This document shows positions 52,101 to 64,000 of a stretch of DNA of 64,000 nt, piece by piece. The position numbers and the translations under genes were made by a program. The stretch spans positions 5,766,001 through 5,830,000 of the forward strand of contig CM022666.1 of the NCBI GenBank assembly GCA_012295275.1, given 5' to 3'. A model generated the notes under the pieces. The model did not search any database, had not been told where the DNA came from, and was given only the letters and a program-made list of their open reading frames with translations. The stretch's first letter is position 1. Each line of letters starts with the position of its first letter. The stretch is from Chrysomallon squamiferum. Its lineage: Eukaryota > Animalia > Mollusca.

Positions 52101-53056
52101 ATCTATCCTGTCCATAAAACTATTTGTGACATTGAAGACTTAAGTTCATAGGCACTAAAACTAGTGGAAAGCTTTTGGCTACATGCCAAAAATAAAAGGA
52201 AGCACTTAGTTTTTGTTTAGTGGTGGCTATAGACTCTTTTTTTTTTTTCTCTCTCTCTCTCTCTTTTTTCTCTTTTTTAAATGAAGATGTTACTGTCATA
52301 GAATGATTAAGCATCATTTTGAGGAAGAGGGGAAAAGAGATGATTTAAATAAAATTATTTAGAGAGTATGAAAGAAAGAAAAAGAAGAAAAACCAAAAAA
52401 TGAAAAAGAGAGAGAAATAAAACTTAAGAAATGTTGGCATCCATGCTGATATTATGAGAAAATAATAAGAATTTAACTCATAAAGATAGACAGAAGTAAG
52501 AAAAAATGAAAAATGAAAATTATAAAAATAAAAACCTACAATTTGCAAGGAAGAAAAAGAAAAAAAAAAAAAAGCCTTATCTTAACACTTACAGAAATAA
52601 AATAAATGACAAAAGTAGTAAAGAAAGAATGAATGAATGCAATAAAGAAAAATGATAATAATAATAAAATGTAATAATAATAATGATGATGATTAGGAGG
52701 ATAATGATAATGATGATAATAATAAATTAACACAAAAACATAGTAAACAAAAAAGACCAAAAAGAAGAAAACAAAATTAAAGAAATATACCTGCAATACT
52801 TAGAGAAAAATAAAACTAACATCAAAGCATTGTAAAAGAAGAGAAACAATGAGAAATGAAAGAAAAAAGGAGAAAAAAGATGGTATTAAAATGAAAGAAA
52901 GAAAAAAAAAAAAAGACTATCACTGGTCTCTGTCAATGTCTGATGTGTAAAAAAAAAAATTAAAAAATAAAAAAAAAATAAAACTGAAGATAAAAATGTT
53001 AAGAGAAAAACATGGGAAGGTCAAGTGGCTGACAGATGAAAGGCATGAAGTGTATC

Positions 53057-53206
53057 GTACAGGTTTGTTAATGTAGTGTTTACACAGTTACCCACCTACA
53101 CACAGGCATACAGCAGTTATTAACTATACAGAGAGAGTACAGGTTTGTTAATGTAGTGTTTACACAGTTACCCACCTACACACAGGGCATACAGTAGTTA
53201 TTAACT

Positions 53207-53216
<10 letters not shown>
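53057..53216. repeat. 80-bp near-perfect tandem duplication
   Basis: GTACAGGTTTGTTAATGTAGTGTTTACACAGTTACCCACCTACACACAGG at 53057 and 53137. Confidence 0.95.
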
Positions 53217-53301
<85 letters not shown>

Positions 53302-54929
53302 AGAAATAGAGATTCAAAGAGAGGTAAAAAGATTTTAAAAAAGAGATAGAGAGATGGAGGGGAGGGTGAGAAAGATGGAGACAGAGAGAGAAACAGAGAC
53401 AAAAAAAAACATAAAAGAGAGAAAGGGAGAGAGACAGACCAAGAAAGATAGAGACAGATACAGAGAGACAGAGCAAGACAGAGAGATACTGATATAGAGA
53501 GATAGAGAGTGCAAATACAAGACTTAAGTTTAAGGAATGAAATGAATGAACTGAAATAAATTTGAGCACACACAAATACTTTGAAAGAGAAAAAGAAACA
53601 GTGAGAAAGACTGTGAGAAAGATAAAACACACACACACACACACACACATGTACACACGTACACACACAAATGCACATGCACTCAGTTAGACAGAAATCA
53701 TGTAACTAATAAATTAATAAATGCTTTACATCAATATTACCCATTGTTTTACCAATACACTCCTACCAAAAACAAAGACAGCTTCATTATAAAACATGCA
53801 GTAGATGCATAAGCCAAAAAAACAACAAAAAAACCTCTGAATGAATAAAACTCGAAAACAAACATGACCAACACAACAATGTGTTTCGTGAAAATGTTGT
53901 TAAGTCCATCGCCCCTAGCAACATGGGGGAGGATAAAGCAAATAACTCACAAGTTAAGTTTGTCTTGTTGAAGTGAGCATGCCTGGAATGGTAAAACTTC
54001 AATACATTGTTTGACATGAAGATTTGAAAAAGTATTTTTTGTTACATTCTCTCTCTCTCTTTGACAAGCTCTGGGAAAAATGCTCTGTGCTATGAATGAT
54101 GATGATGAAATTTGTTTTGCTCATGCAAGGAGACAGATACTTAGGTTTAAAAACAAAACAAAAAATAGTAATAATAGTAACAATGACAACAACAACAACA
54201 ACAACAACACTCATAATAATTGTCTTCGTGGTAGTAATATATCTTGAACATATTTTGAACATACTTTTGTCTATGTAAGTATGTGTATGAAATTACAGTA
54301 GCAATATTTTTTCTTATGAATAACACTTTTTTTTAAGTGTTAGTTCTTCTGATGTCAGTGCCTGTCTTAGGCTTAATGTATTTAATTTTGTATGCTTGCA
54401 AAATGAATGAAAAAAAATGGATGTTACTGTGTGTGTTTCAGTCCGTGTGTCTGTATTTGTGAATGTTTGTGTGTGTATGTGTGTGTGTGCGTGTGCATGC
54501 ACATGTGTGTATCTATGAATGTTATAGTGTGTTTGTGTGTTTCTTTGTATCAGAAAATAGGTTGGGGTTTGGGTTTTTTTTTTTGGTTTGTATGTGTGGG
54601 TAGTGTGGGTGTTTGTGTGTTTGTGTGTGTCCCTACATCCAAGAATATGTTGGGTTTTGGGGGTTTGTACATGTGGGTAGTGTGTGTGTTTGTGGTTCTG
54701 TGTATCTCTCTAAATACACGTACAGATGTATTTGTGTGTGTGTTGATGTGTCCATTCATCCATGCATATTTTCTGTAGTACTCAAGGCTGTCCGGTACTT
54801 TCTTAAAATATCTCATCCACATTCATTTTCTCTTTCATCACCTCCTTTCTCCAAACAACAGAACTCATGTTAACTACAGAATGTCAGACAACAGAACTCA
54901 TGTTAACAACAGAATGATTTTAAACTTAC

Positions 54930-55060
54930 TTTTGATGAAACCTGGGCACTGTTTTCCTGAAGATTCATGATGGCATCAGAAATCTTCACATCAATGGGAT
55001 CAACAACACTTTCAATGTTGAAGGGACCTTCCAAACGATTTGCCAGCATCTTCAAGGCAT
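54930..55060 (-). CDS. GPC6: Glypican internal exon (most 5' exon found in the window)
   Basis: ttacag|(D)[43 protein letters not shown]|gtaagt; [27 protein letters not shown] is diagnostic for GPC4/6. Confidence 0.97.
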
Positions 55061-55164
55061 CTGTAATTTAAAAAAAAGATGAGCATGTTACTAAGTTAGT
55101 AAATATAAAACTGAACGAAAAAGTAAATATGTGAATGAACATGTAATTCCAATAAATAACAGAA

Positions 55165-55199
<35 letters not shown>

Positions 55200-56000
55200 A
55201 TAGATAAAAGATAAATAAATAAATAAATAAAATAAAAAAATTAATTAATTAATTAATTGTAAAAAAGGAAGAAATGAAATAAAATAAAAATATATAATAT
55301 TTTAAAAACAACTTAAAATTTGTTTATATCATTGTCAGCTTTTATGTTTTTTGTTTCATACACATACTCAAATAGGCAGTGTTAATTTTCTATGAAACAA
55401 AAACTGTAACTAAAACAAGAAACTAAATTAAAATTGAAATAGTTTTTTAGAACACCATTAACAAAATATAATTAAAATAAAAAAATTAAATAAATTTGCA
55501 AAAAAAATAATCAAAATAAATAAGATAGAAGTAAATAAATCAATTTTCAAAAATAAAATAAAACTAAATATAATAAATTTAAAAAGTAAAATAAAATAGA
55601 TAAATAAATAAAATAAAATAAAGATAAAGATAAAATAAAATAAAATAATATAAAATAAAATAAATTCAAATAAATTCAAAAGATACTCAAAAGAAAGATA
55701 AAAATAAAATGTCAAAAAATCAATTCAAAATTTGAGCATTCTAAATTGCGTAACAAAACCATCTTTTGAATAAATTAAGCTTAATTTATTCATGTTTTCC
55801 ACACAATTTCAAGGAATAGGATTATTTATTTTCTGCTTATTTCTGCTAGTTTTCCTGTGAGTAATCGCAATGAGTTGAGTGCAAAAGGTGATGATTAAAG
55901 CAAGTTAGATAAATGGGTTCAGTCAGTTCACGATAAGGTGAGTCATATACATGAATGATTTCACTGGTGAAAAAAATATATACGATAGGAAAAAATGATG

Positions 56001-56040
<40 letters not shown>

Positions 56041-56135
56041 TAATAAAAATTAAAGATATTCTGCTCTTTTGTTAGGTCTGCAAAAATTATTTTTTAAATT
56101 ATAAATATACTGAGAAGAAGTTACAAATTAATATT

Positions 56136-56201
<66 letters not shown>

Positions 56202-56334
56202 GAAATAAATAAAAACAGAGAAACATCAGGTGTAAAATTTAAATAAATAAATAAATAAATATTATAAAGATATATTAACTGTAGTTGAGATAAGTATTAA
56301 ACCAAAAAAATCTTAAATTAATAATTTTAATTAT

Positions 56335-56386
<52 letters not shown>

Positions 56387-57441
56387 CCTCAAAACTATCA
56401 TTTCTAAAATGAAATTTTTATATATAGACAGACATCCTTATCAAATATATTAATTTACCTCTAACACATGCACATTTTATCTATCTACATATCAAATTAA
56501 AATAATAAACAGCTACGGCAACCTCTGTCTAAATATTTATTTAAAAATGTATCTCAGAAATTCACTTTTTACTTACATCAGATTGGAGAACATTAATGTA
56601 TGTTAATGCTGCAGTTAATTTTGTGCTTTTAAATTCAAATCTTTTTTCTTTCTTTTTCTTCTTTCAATATGTTCTTTTTTTTGTTTTTTGTAGTTTTTTG
56701 TGATTTTTTTTTTTTATGAATTTAATTTATGATTTAAATTTTTTCTTTATTTAAAAACTTGATTTAGTATTTCTATCTTTTACAAAATGCATTTATCAAT
56801 ACATTTTTTTCTTTTAATTTATTAGACATTTTAACATTTAATAATTTTTTTCTCCCTCTAATTTATAAAGATTTTTTTTTTATTTAAAATTTATTTCATC
56901 ATTTTAAAATTTATTTCTGTAATTTAAAAGATTATTTATTAATTTTCATTGTTTAAACTTTTATTATCACCATTTTATTTATTACTTTAAAAAAAAAAAA
57001 TAAAAAATAATTTTAACATTTAAGAAATATTCATCGTTTCCAATTTTTAATTTTTTTTTTTATTTCATTTCATAAATTATCAAATTTTATGGCTTTCTTT
57101 TTTTTTTTTTTCATTATTTATTTCATCACATAAATTATCAAATTTTATTTAATATTATTTTTTTCCTTATTATAATATTATGACATATTTGAAATTATAT
57201 TGACCTGTGGGCCATTCCCCAGTCAAATAAAATTGATTTTTCTCAAGTGGTTTTTATTCCTACAGATCATAACAGCTCCTATCAAGTTAGATAAATATTT
57301 TCACAGCTGACAAGGACTCTTCAGAGTGTCCAGTTTGAAATGTTCTGAGTAAATAAATAGCATTCAAGTAGGTCCATTGGAATACTGAGCTTCCTGCCTT
57401 TTAATTAAAAAAAATAATAATTTAGAGGCAAATAGATCTTT

Positions 57442-57534
<93 letters not shown>

Positions 57535-58002
57535 CACACTTTTTTAAAATTACAACTAGTAATTTTAGAAAAAAAATCTCTTTCTCTACAGTCAAAACAG
57601 CACATACCAATTAATTTTTAAAACTGGAAACTAACCCCATTACAAACTAGTCTTCTAATAACTTGGTCTCATTTTCTATACAAAAAAAAAAAAAAACAAT
57701 TTTTTTTTTTGAAATTTCATTTCAATCTCTCCAACTATAAGCTATGACCCAAATTATCAAATAATTTACAGGCCCCACAGAGCTATGCAAGATCATGAAA
57801 ATATCTGAAATATTTCGCTGTGACATATACAGTGTATGTCACAGTTGACGGCTGTGAAGAGATAACCGGTGTGTTATTCAATAGGAGAGGTCTGTGGTGA
57901 CAAAGGTCACAATCAGTTGACTGGCTGGTGACCATCCTGTGTGTCCCCTGTGTCTGCGAGAACAAGACATTCCACATAGCAGAGATAATATAGATAAAAT
58001 GT

Positions 58003-58415
<413 letters not shown>

Positions 58416-58534
58416 ACATGTGGGAAAAACCAGCAAATAAGCTTTCTTTTATTTAAGAATACATATTAAACAAGTCTGACATGAAGCACTGAGAGAGAAA
58501 ATGCTTTGCCATTAGCCTAAGAAGTACTTTTCAA

Positions 58535-58625
58535 TACACATACCACAGCCTTTTAAGTATTTCCAGTCAGGGACAGTAATGAGACAGACAGAAAATCAGA
58601 TACTACCAGAAGTCGATCCAAGCTA
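58535..58625 (-). mobile_element. Meta-SINE-like fragment
   Basis: CACATACCACAGCCTTT..CCAGTC..GTCGATCC; reverse complement matches AAAGTCTGTGGTATGTG at about 10555. Confidence 0.5.
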
Positions 58626-58660
58626 ACCAGAAGCCTGATTAAGCAACAGATTCCAGTATG

Positions 58661-58703
<43 letters not shown>

Positions 58704-59004
58704 TAATAAAAACAAATCTGAAGGATATGAGGGCAAATTGAGGTTTACAGGCAGAAATAAACCGATAGAGGATGATAAAGATTATGCCGGGGAAAAAAAG
58801 AAAAAGAGAGTGCACGGGCTAAAATTAAACTTCAGTTTTATGACATTAAATAAACTGAAGCAGATAAAGGAATCGTTTGCCCACTGTTATCAGTCAGTGT
58901 TGTAAAGTTTTTGACAGATATGTTTATACTCGTATGTCAGGATCACGCATACTGTTGTAAAAAAAACAGAAATTACTGCATTTCTTGACTTTCTTCAGAT
59001 ACAA

Positions 59005-59110
59005 ATAGCCACAGTGGTGCAGTTTCGGTGGTTAAGGGAAAGGATTTATGACATGCAGGTTCAGAGATTGTCCCTCGGCATGTCAGTTGTATGTTCAGTA
59101 TGTTTCATGA
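59005..59110 (+). mobile_element. Possible tRNA-derived SINE head
   Basis: GTGGTGCAG..GTGGTTAAG (A-box-like) then GCAGGTTCAGAGATTGTCCCTCGGC (decayed B-box). Confidence 0.3.
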
Positions 59111-59313
59111 ATTTTTATTTTTTATTATTTATTTTTTTTTCAAATAAATAAGTTTTTAACACACTGATATTGTTTTTTTTTAATTGTGTTTCCAGGATAA
59201 GAGTAATTGAATCTTTTGTGGATTAAATAAAATTATTTATCATAATCATATTCAAGTTTGTTTTTTTGGTTGTATTTTTTTTGAAGGTATGTATATTATT
59301 ATTATTTTTACTT

Positions 59314-59365
<52 letters not shown>

Positions 59366-59872
59366 TGCATAAAGTAACTAAAAACTTTTCTAATATACCA
59401 CCATGATAATAACTGTAACATGCAAATAAAACTATACAAATTATCTTTTTAATCTAAAACACCCAAATAAAAATATTTCTAATACAACACCATTATATCA
59501 AACAAACAAACAAACAAACAAACAAACATATAAAATACCTAGAACACAAACAAACAAAATTAAAAAAAAAAAAAAAAAACATTTCTATCACTATACAACA
59601 GTTAAAAAAAAATCCCATGGATTATTCAGCTACAGAATGGATGAAAACGAATCAATTTTTCAAGACAGAAATTTCACTGAGCACTTTAGGCTTAATAATA
59701 ATGAACACAATTTAAAGCAAAGTCCATTTGTTTGTGTCTTTATTGATCTTCCACGGTGTCAACGTCTTGTCAAATTTTTTGTCTTGGCATCGTCAGCTAC
59801 ACAGCCCGTGAGTCATCCTTGCTTTGTGATCACTGAAACGTGGAGCATTTTCGCCAGAATTATCTGTGATCA

Positions 59873-60195
59873 TTTTAAAACATTTTTCGCAAGTTTATGG
59901 TTTTGGAATTTTTCAAATTTTTCAATCACTTTTGTGCTGTTTTATGTTGTTTACTGTTACACTGTTCATTTTCCGAGAATTATTATAATTTTTTTTTTTT
60001 TTTTTTTTTTTTTTTCCTTTTTAGGTTTATTATTATACAGTTTAATTTTCTAAGAATTTTTATAATTTTTTTTTTAAAACATTTTCCAGAAGCTTATGTT
60101 TTTGGATTTTCAAATTTTTTTTCAATCACTTTTTGTTGTTTTTGTTGTTTATTGTACATTGTTCATTTTCTGAAAAATATTATAATTATTTTTCT
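59873..60195. repeat. ~199-bp period diverged tandem duplication
   Basis: TTTTAAAACATTTT..TTATG.TTTTGGA.TTTTCAAATTTTTTCAATCACTTTT..TGTTCATTTTC..ATTATAATT at about 59873 and 60072. Confidence 0.8.
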
Positions 60196-61036
60196 ATCAC
60201 TTTATTTTGTAATTATTTTTAAAGCAGTTCATGAACTTTCTGTTGTTTTTTCTATTAATTATATATTGTTTTCAATTATTTTTTTTTTTTTATTTTTTAT
60301 TATTAATTTTTGTTTTTATAATTAACATACTTTGTTTTAGTTTTAATGCATTGCCAATATTTTTATTATATTATTAAGTTATAAAATATTTTTTCATTTC
60401 AGATTCAATTCCATATTCTTTCCAGCCAAAGCATTAGAAACCTCCAAACTTCCTTTCATTGTTTCCTCAATTATTTTAATTTTGTAAAAGAATCTTTTAT
60501 TTATTTATTTTTTGTTTTTTTCCAAATTAATATAAAAATTCAAATGCTATTAAATACACTATCAATATTATCTTCTGTCCAAAACCCTACTCTATTCTAT
60601 TTCTGTATTAAAAGTTCAGATCTTTTTTGTTTTATTTATAAAGTGCAATAAAACTCAATTTTATTTTGATTTTATTCTTGTTCCACCCAAAAACACACCT
60701 TCACTTTTATCCTCTGTCATTCATTGGAAATGCCTATCTCCATAAACCTTTCTTCTTTTTCTGTCTTCTTTTAGTTGCTATAAATATTTTAAACAAATTA
60801 TTCTGAATTCAGTCAATGATAATTTCTGTACCAGAAGAAAGAAAGAAAAAAAAAAAAAAAGAAACTGAAAGAGAAAGAAAGAAGAAAAAAAAAGAACATC
60901 ATGTACTCCATTATTTAATTTAAAAAATGTATATGTACATTTTTTAACATTCATACAATATTTCTAAAGAAAATATTTTCAAGATAAATATAATTTAAAT
61001 TTTCCATTTTTCTGTACACTCCTCATTCCAAACTTC

Positions 61037-61174
61037 ATAATAAAAAATTCATAAATTTTAAATATTAAAAAGTAGAAATTGCTTGTTAATATTTGTTGAA
61101 ATGTTTTGCAAAAATAGTTATTTTATTTATGTACAAATTAATTCACCCATACACTAACATAACTACACACACAA

Positions 61175-61219
<45 letters not shown>

Positions 61220-61278
61220 GGCACACACACACACACACACACAAACACATACTCAAGTACACCCACATAAACTCACAT
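61037..61278 (+). repeat. Dispersed repeat copy 2 (copy 1 at 45874-46089)
   Basis: Matches copy 1 apart from a few substitutions and longer (CA)n tracts. Confidence 0.9.
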
Positions 61279-61664
61279 CTTTAATAAATAATAAATAAAT
61301 AATAACTAAATAAAATTAAAATGCATATAAAAATTCTATAGAAACTACTTTGAAATGATCAAAAAGACATCCACAATATAGAACCTAATTTCCATAAACA
61401 AAATTTCAAAAAGAAAAAAAAAAAAAACGTTAAAAAAAAAAATCATTTTGAAATTAACAAAAAAGCAAACCCAGTTCCACATGGAGTATTTTGAAATTAA
61501 CAAAAGCAAACCCAGTCTTCTTTCCATCCACCCTAAACCACACTTTCCACAAAACAGATCTTTTTATTCTTTTTTTTAGAAATTATCCAAAAAAAACCCA
61601 CCCAACACCATCAACCCCCATTTCCCTTCCACTCTCTATCTAATCCAATTTTCCATAAACACTT

Positions 61665-61698
<34 letters not shown>

Positions 61699-63182
61699 TT
61701 TATTAATAACATTATTTCGTATTAAAAATTCAAACCCTGTGTGTTGTGAATTTAATTTCAATTTCATTTGGAGTCGCCTCAATACAACTCTGCAACATAA
61801 TGACATAAGTCCATTCACTGGGCTGCCAACTTGGGCTTAATGCGACACCCATTTCTTATTCAGGGTATTCATCCCTTGCAAACACGTTGTCGTCGCCGAT
61901 GTGATAAATTAGTCTTAGGTCAACACAAAGGTGACCTGCCGAGCCCAAATAAAAGGCGAGTGGAGTCAGGGGACTGTGAAACAAGCCCCAGTCACAAAGC
62001 CACTGCGATATTATCCTTCTTTCATTCACTACCCCCTGGTTGTTACTGGGGTGGAGGAATGCAGAGAGAACGAAGGTAAAGGGTGTTTTTTCTCACAGCG
62101 GTGCGGTAATAAGTGCAAAATGGAGTATTGCGTGAAGCTCGTATGTCTACATACAGACTCATTTGTATATCTGTAATTTATATATATATATCTACATACA
62201 GATTCATTTGTATATGTGTATCTGTGTATATATATATATATATATATATAAAACACATACATCATGTACCCATATACACATGTATGCACAGATATGCACA
62301 CACATTCATGTAAACAAATTAAATAAGTTAAATATATCATATATGTAATGTATGACTTAAAAACATGTATACCAACTATTTACATATTTAAACAAAAAAA
62401 TATAAAATCAATAATTATATACTATCTCTCTCCACTATTTTCCCTTGCACCCCCCTATACATTGATAATTATATTCTCTCTCTCTCTTCTTATTTCACAC
62501 ACACACTCAAACACTCACCTAGCCATGTCATATTCATGTACATTTACTTGAACCAACATATATATTTAAAAACTTGAAAGATGAATTATGAAAACATTCC
62601 ATCTTAATAGAAAAAAAAAAGGTCTGTTTTTTATTTTTCTTCTTCATATTTTGAATATACAGCTTTCCAAAAGGTGTTAAAAAATTAGCCAAATCAAAGT
62701 AGGGTTGCACTAACACTGAACTCAAAAAAATATTTTTCTCAACTGGAAAAGATCCACAGATAAGCAACCATCTGCTTGAAAAACATCATCATCTTCATCA
62801 TCTTCATTGTTGTTGTCATTGTGGTATCACATGACACCAGCCTGGTACTACATAACATGCAACATGCACTTTAGATTCCTAGAGTGTTAAGTGGATGGAG
62901 AGAAGAAGTGCAGAGGTTTTAATAAATAAATAAATAAATAAATAAATATTAAATAAATATTAAATAAATAAATAAATAAATAATTACAATAAATAAATAA
63001 ATAAATAAATAACAAAATAAATATCAAAATAAATAAATTGATAAATAAATAACAAGAATTTGAGTTCTGTTATTACGTAGCCTATGTACATCATTTGTAA
63101 TTGAAAGATATTTTTTCACACACATAGTAAATAATGATAATGCTCTATCAGTCTGTGATGGTTCCATTTCTAATTAAGAATC

Positions 63183-63250
<68 letters not shown>

Positions 63251-63303
63251 CTAAAAATCTTATCACTCATTTCTTTAATTCTTTTTAAAATATTTCTAGA
63301 ATG

Positions 63304-63359
<56 letters not shown>

Positions 63360-63793
63360 CAAGAGAGAGAGAGAAAGAGAGAGTAAGAAATAGACAGAAA
63401 GATCTAATGTAATATTTATAATTTTAAACTAATTAAAATCCCAATATTATGATAATTTTAAAATTTGATATTTTATACATATACACATATATATATAGGT
63501 ATATATATATCAAACAAATAAATAAATCAATCAATCATACTAAATGCCAGAAATAAGGGAAGCTGTTCTGATTATAAAGATGTTGCTTTTTCTTTCTTCT
63601 TCATCTTCTTTTTTTTTTTTTTTTGCTCTTTTTTCCTGTTTTGCTTTTTTTTTTTCAGCTCATAAACCCAAGGAGATTTGATACAGTATGACAAGTCTGC
63701 AACTTTTTACAAACAGATGGCTTTTATCTCTCAGTTACAAAGCTTAACCAATAAACATTAACCAGTTCTTAAATATTTAACAAAAAAACAAAG

Positions 63794-63831
<38 letters not shown>

Positions 63832-64000
63832 AGAAGAAAGAAAATCCAAACAGAAAACATTTGAAAAATAAATCAGTATGTGTTTAAAAATACATAAGTG
63901 TTTTACATAGTGTTTTTACAGTATGTATGTATTAGATAATACTTAGAATATTTCAATGTATTCTATCACTTCTACAAAGTATGAAGGTATTATATCACTT

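Noticed and set aside
57200-57785. Weak inverted match CTGTGGGCC / GGCCCCACAG
   Set aside because: Too short and imperfect, with no TSD.

Overview
Very AT-rich, microsatellite-dense animal DNA; the repeat content suggests a mollusc, but this is an inference. Two intron-rich genes converge tail-to-tail. On the + strand are the last 9 identifiable coding exons of a DOCK-D family (DOCK9/10/11, zizimin) Cdc42 GEF, including the DHR-2 domain (4732-15701). On the - strand are the last 4 coding exons of a GPC4/6-type (dally-like) glypican (55060-38224). The 5' parts of both genes lie outside the window. All exons have GT-AG boundaries with matching phases. The 22 kb between the stop codons holds UTRs, a strong CTCF-type motif, a ~4 kb 38-bp satellite exactly bounded by a perfect 17-bp inverted repeat, and a CRE/YY1 promoter-like island. 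Also present: an internally deleted Tigger/pogo element with TIRs and a transposase relic, Meta-SINE-like relics, a MITE-like element, and intronic tandem repeats, several of which copy the neighbouring splice donor. Almost all ORFs in the supplied track are simple-repeat artefacts.
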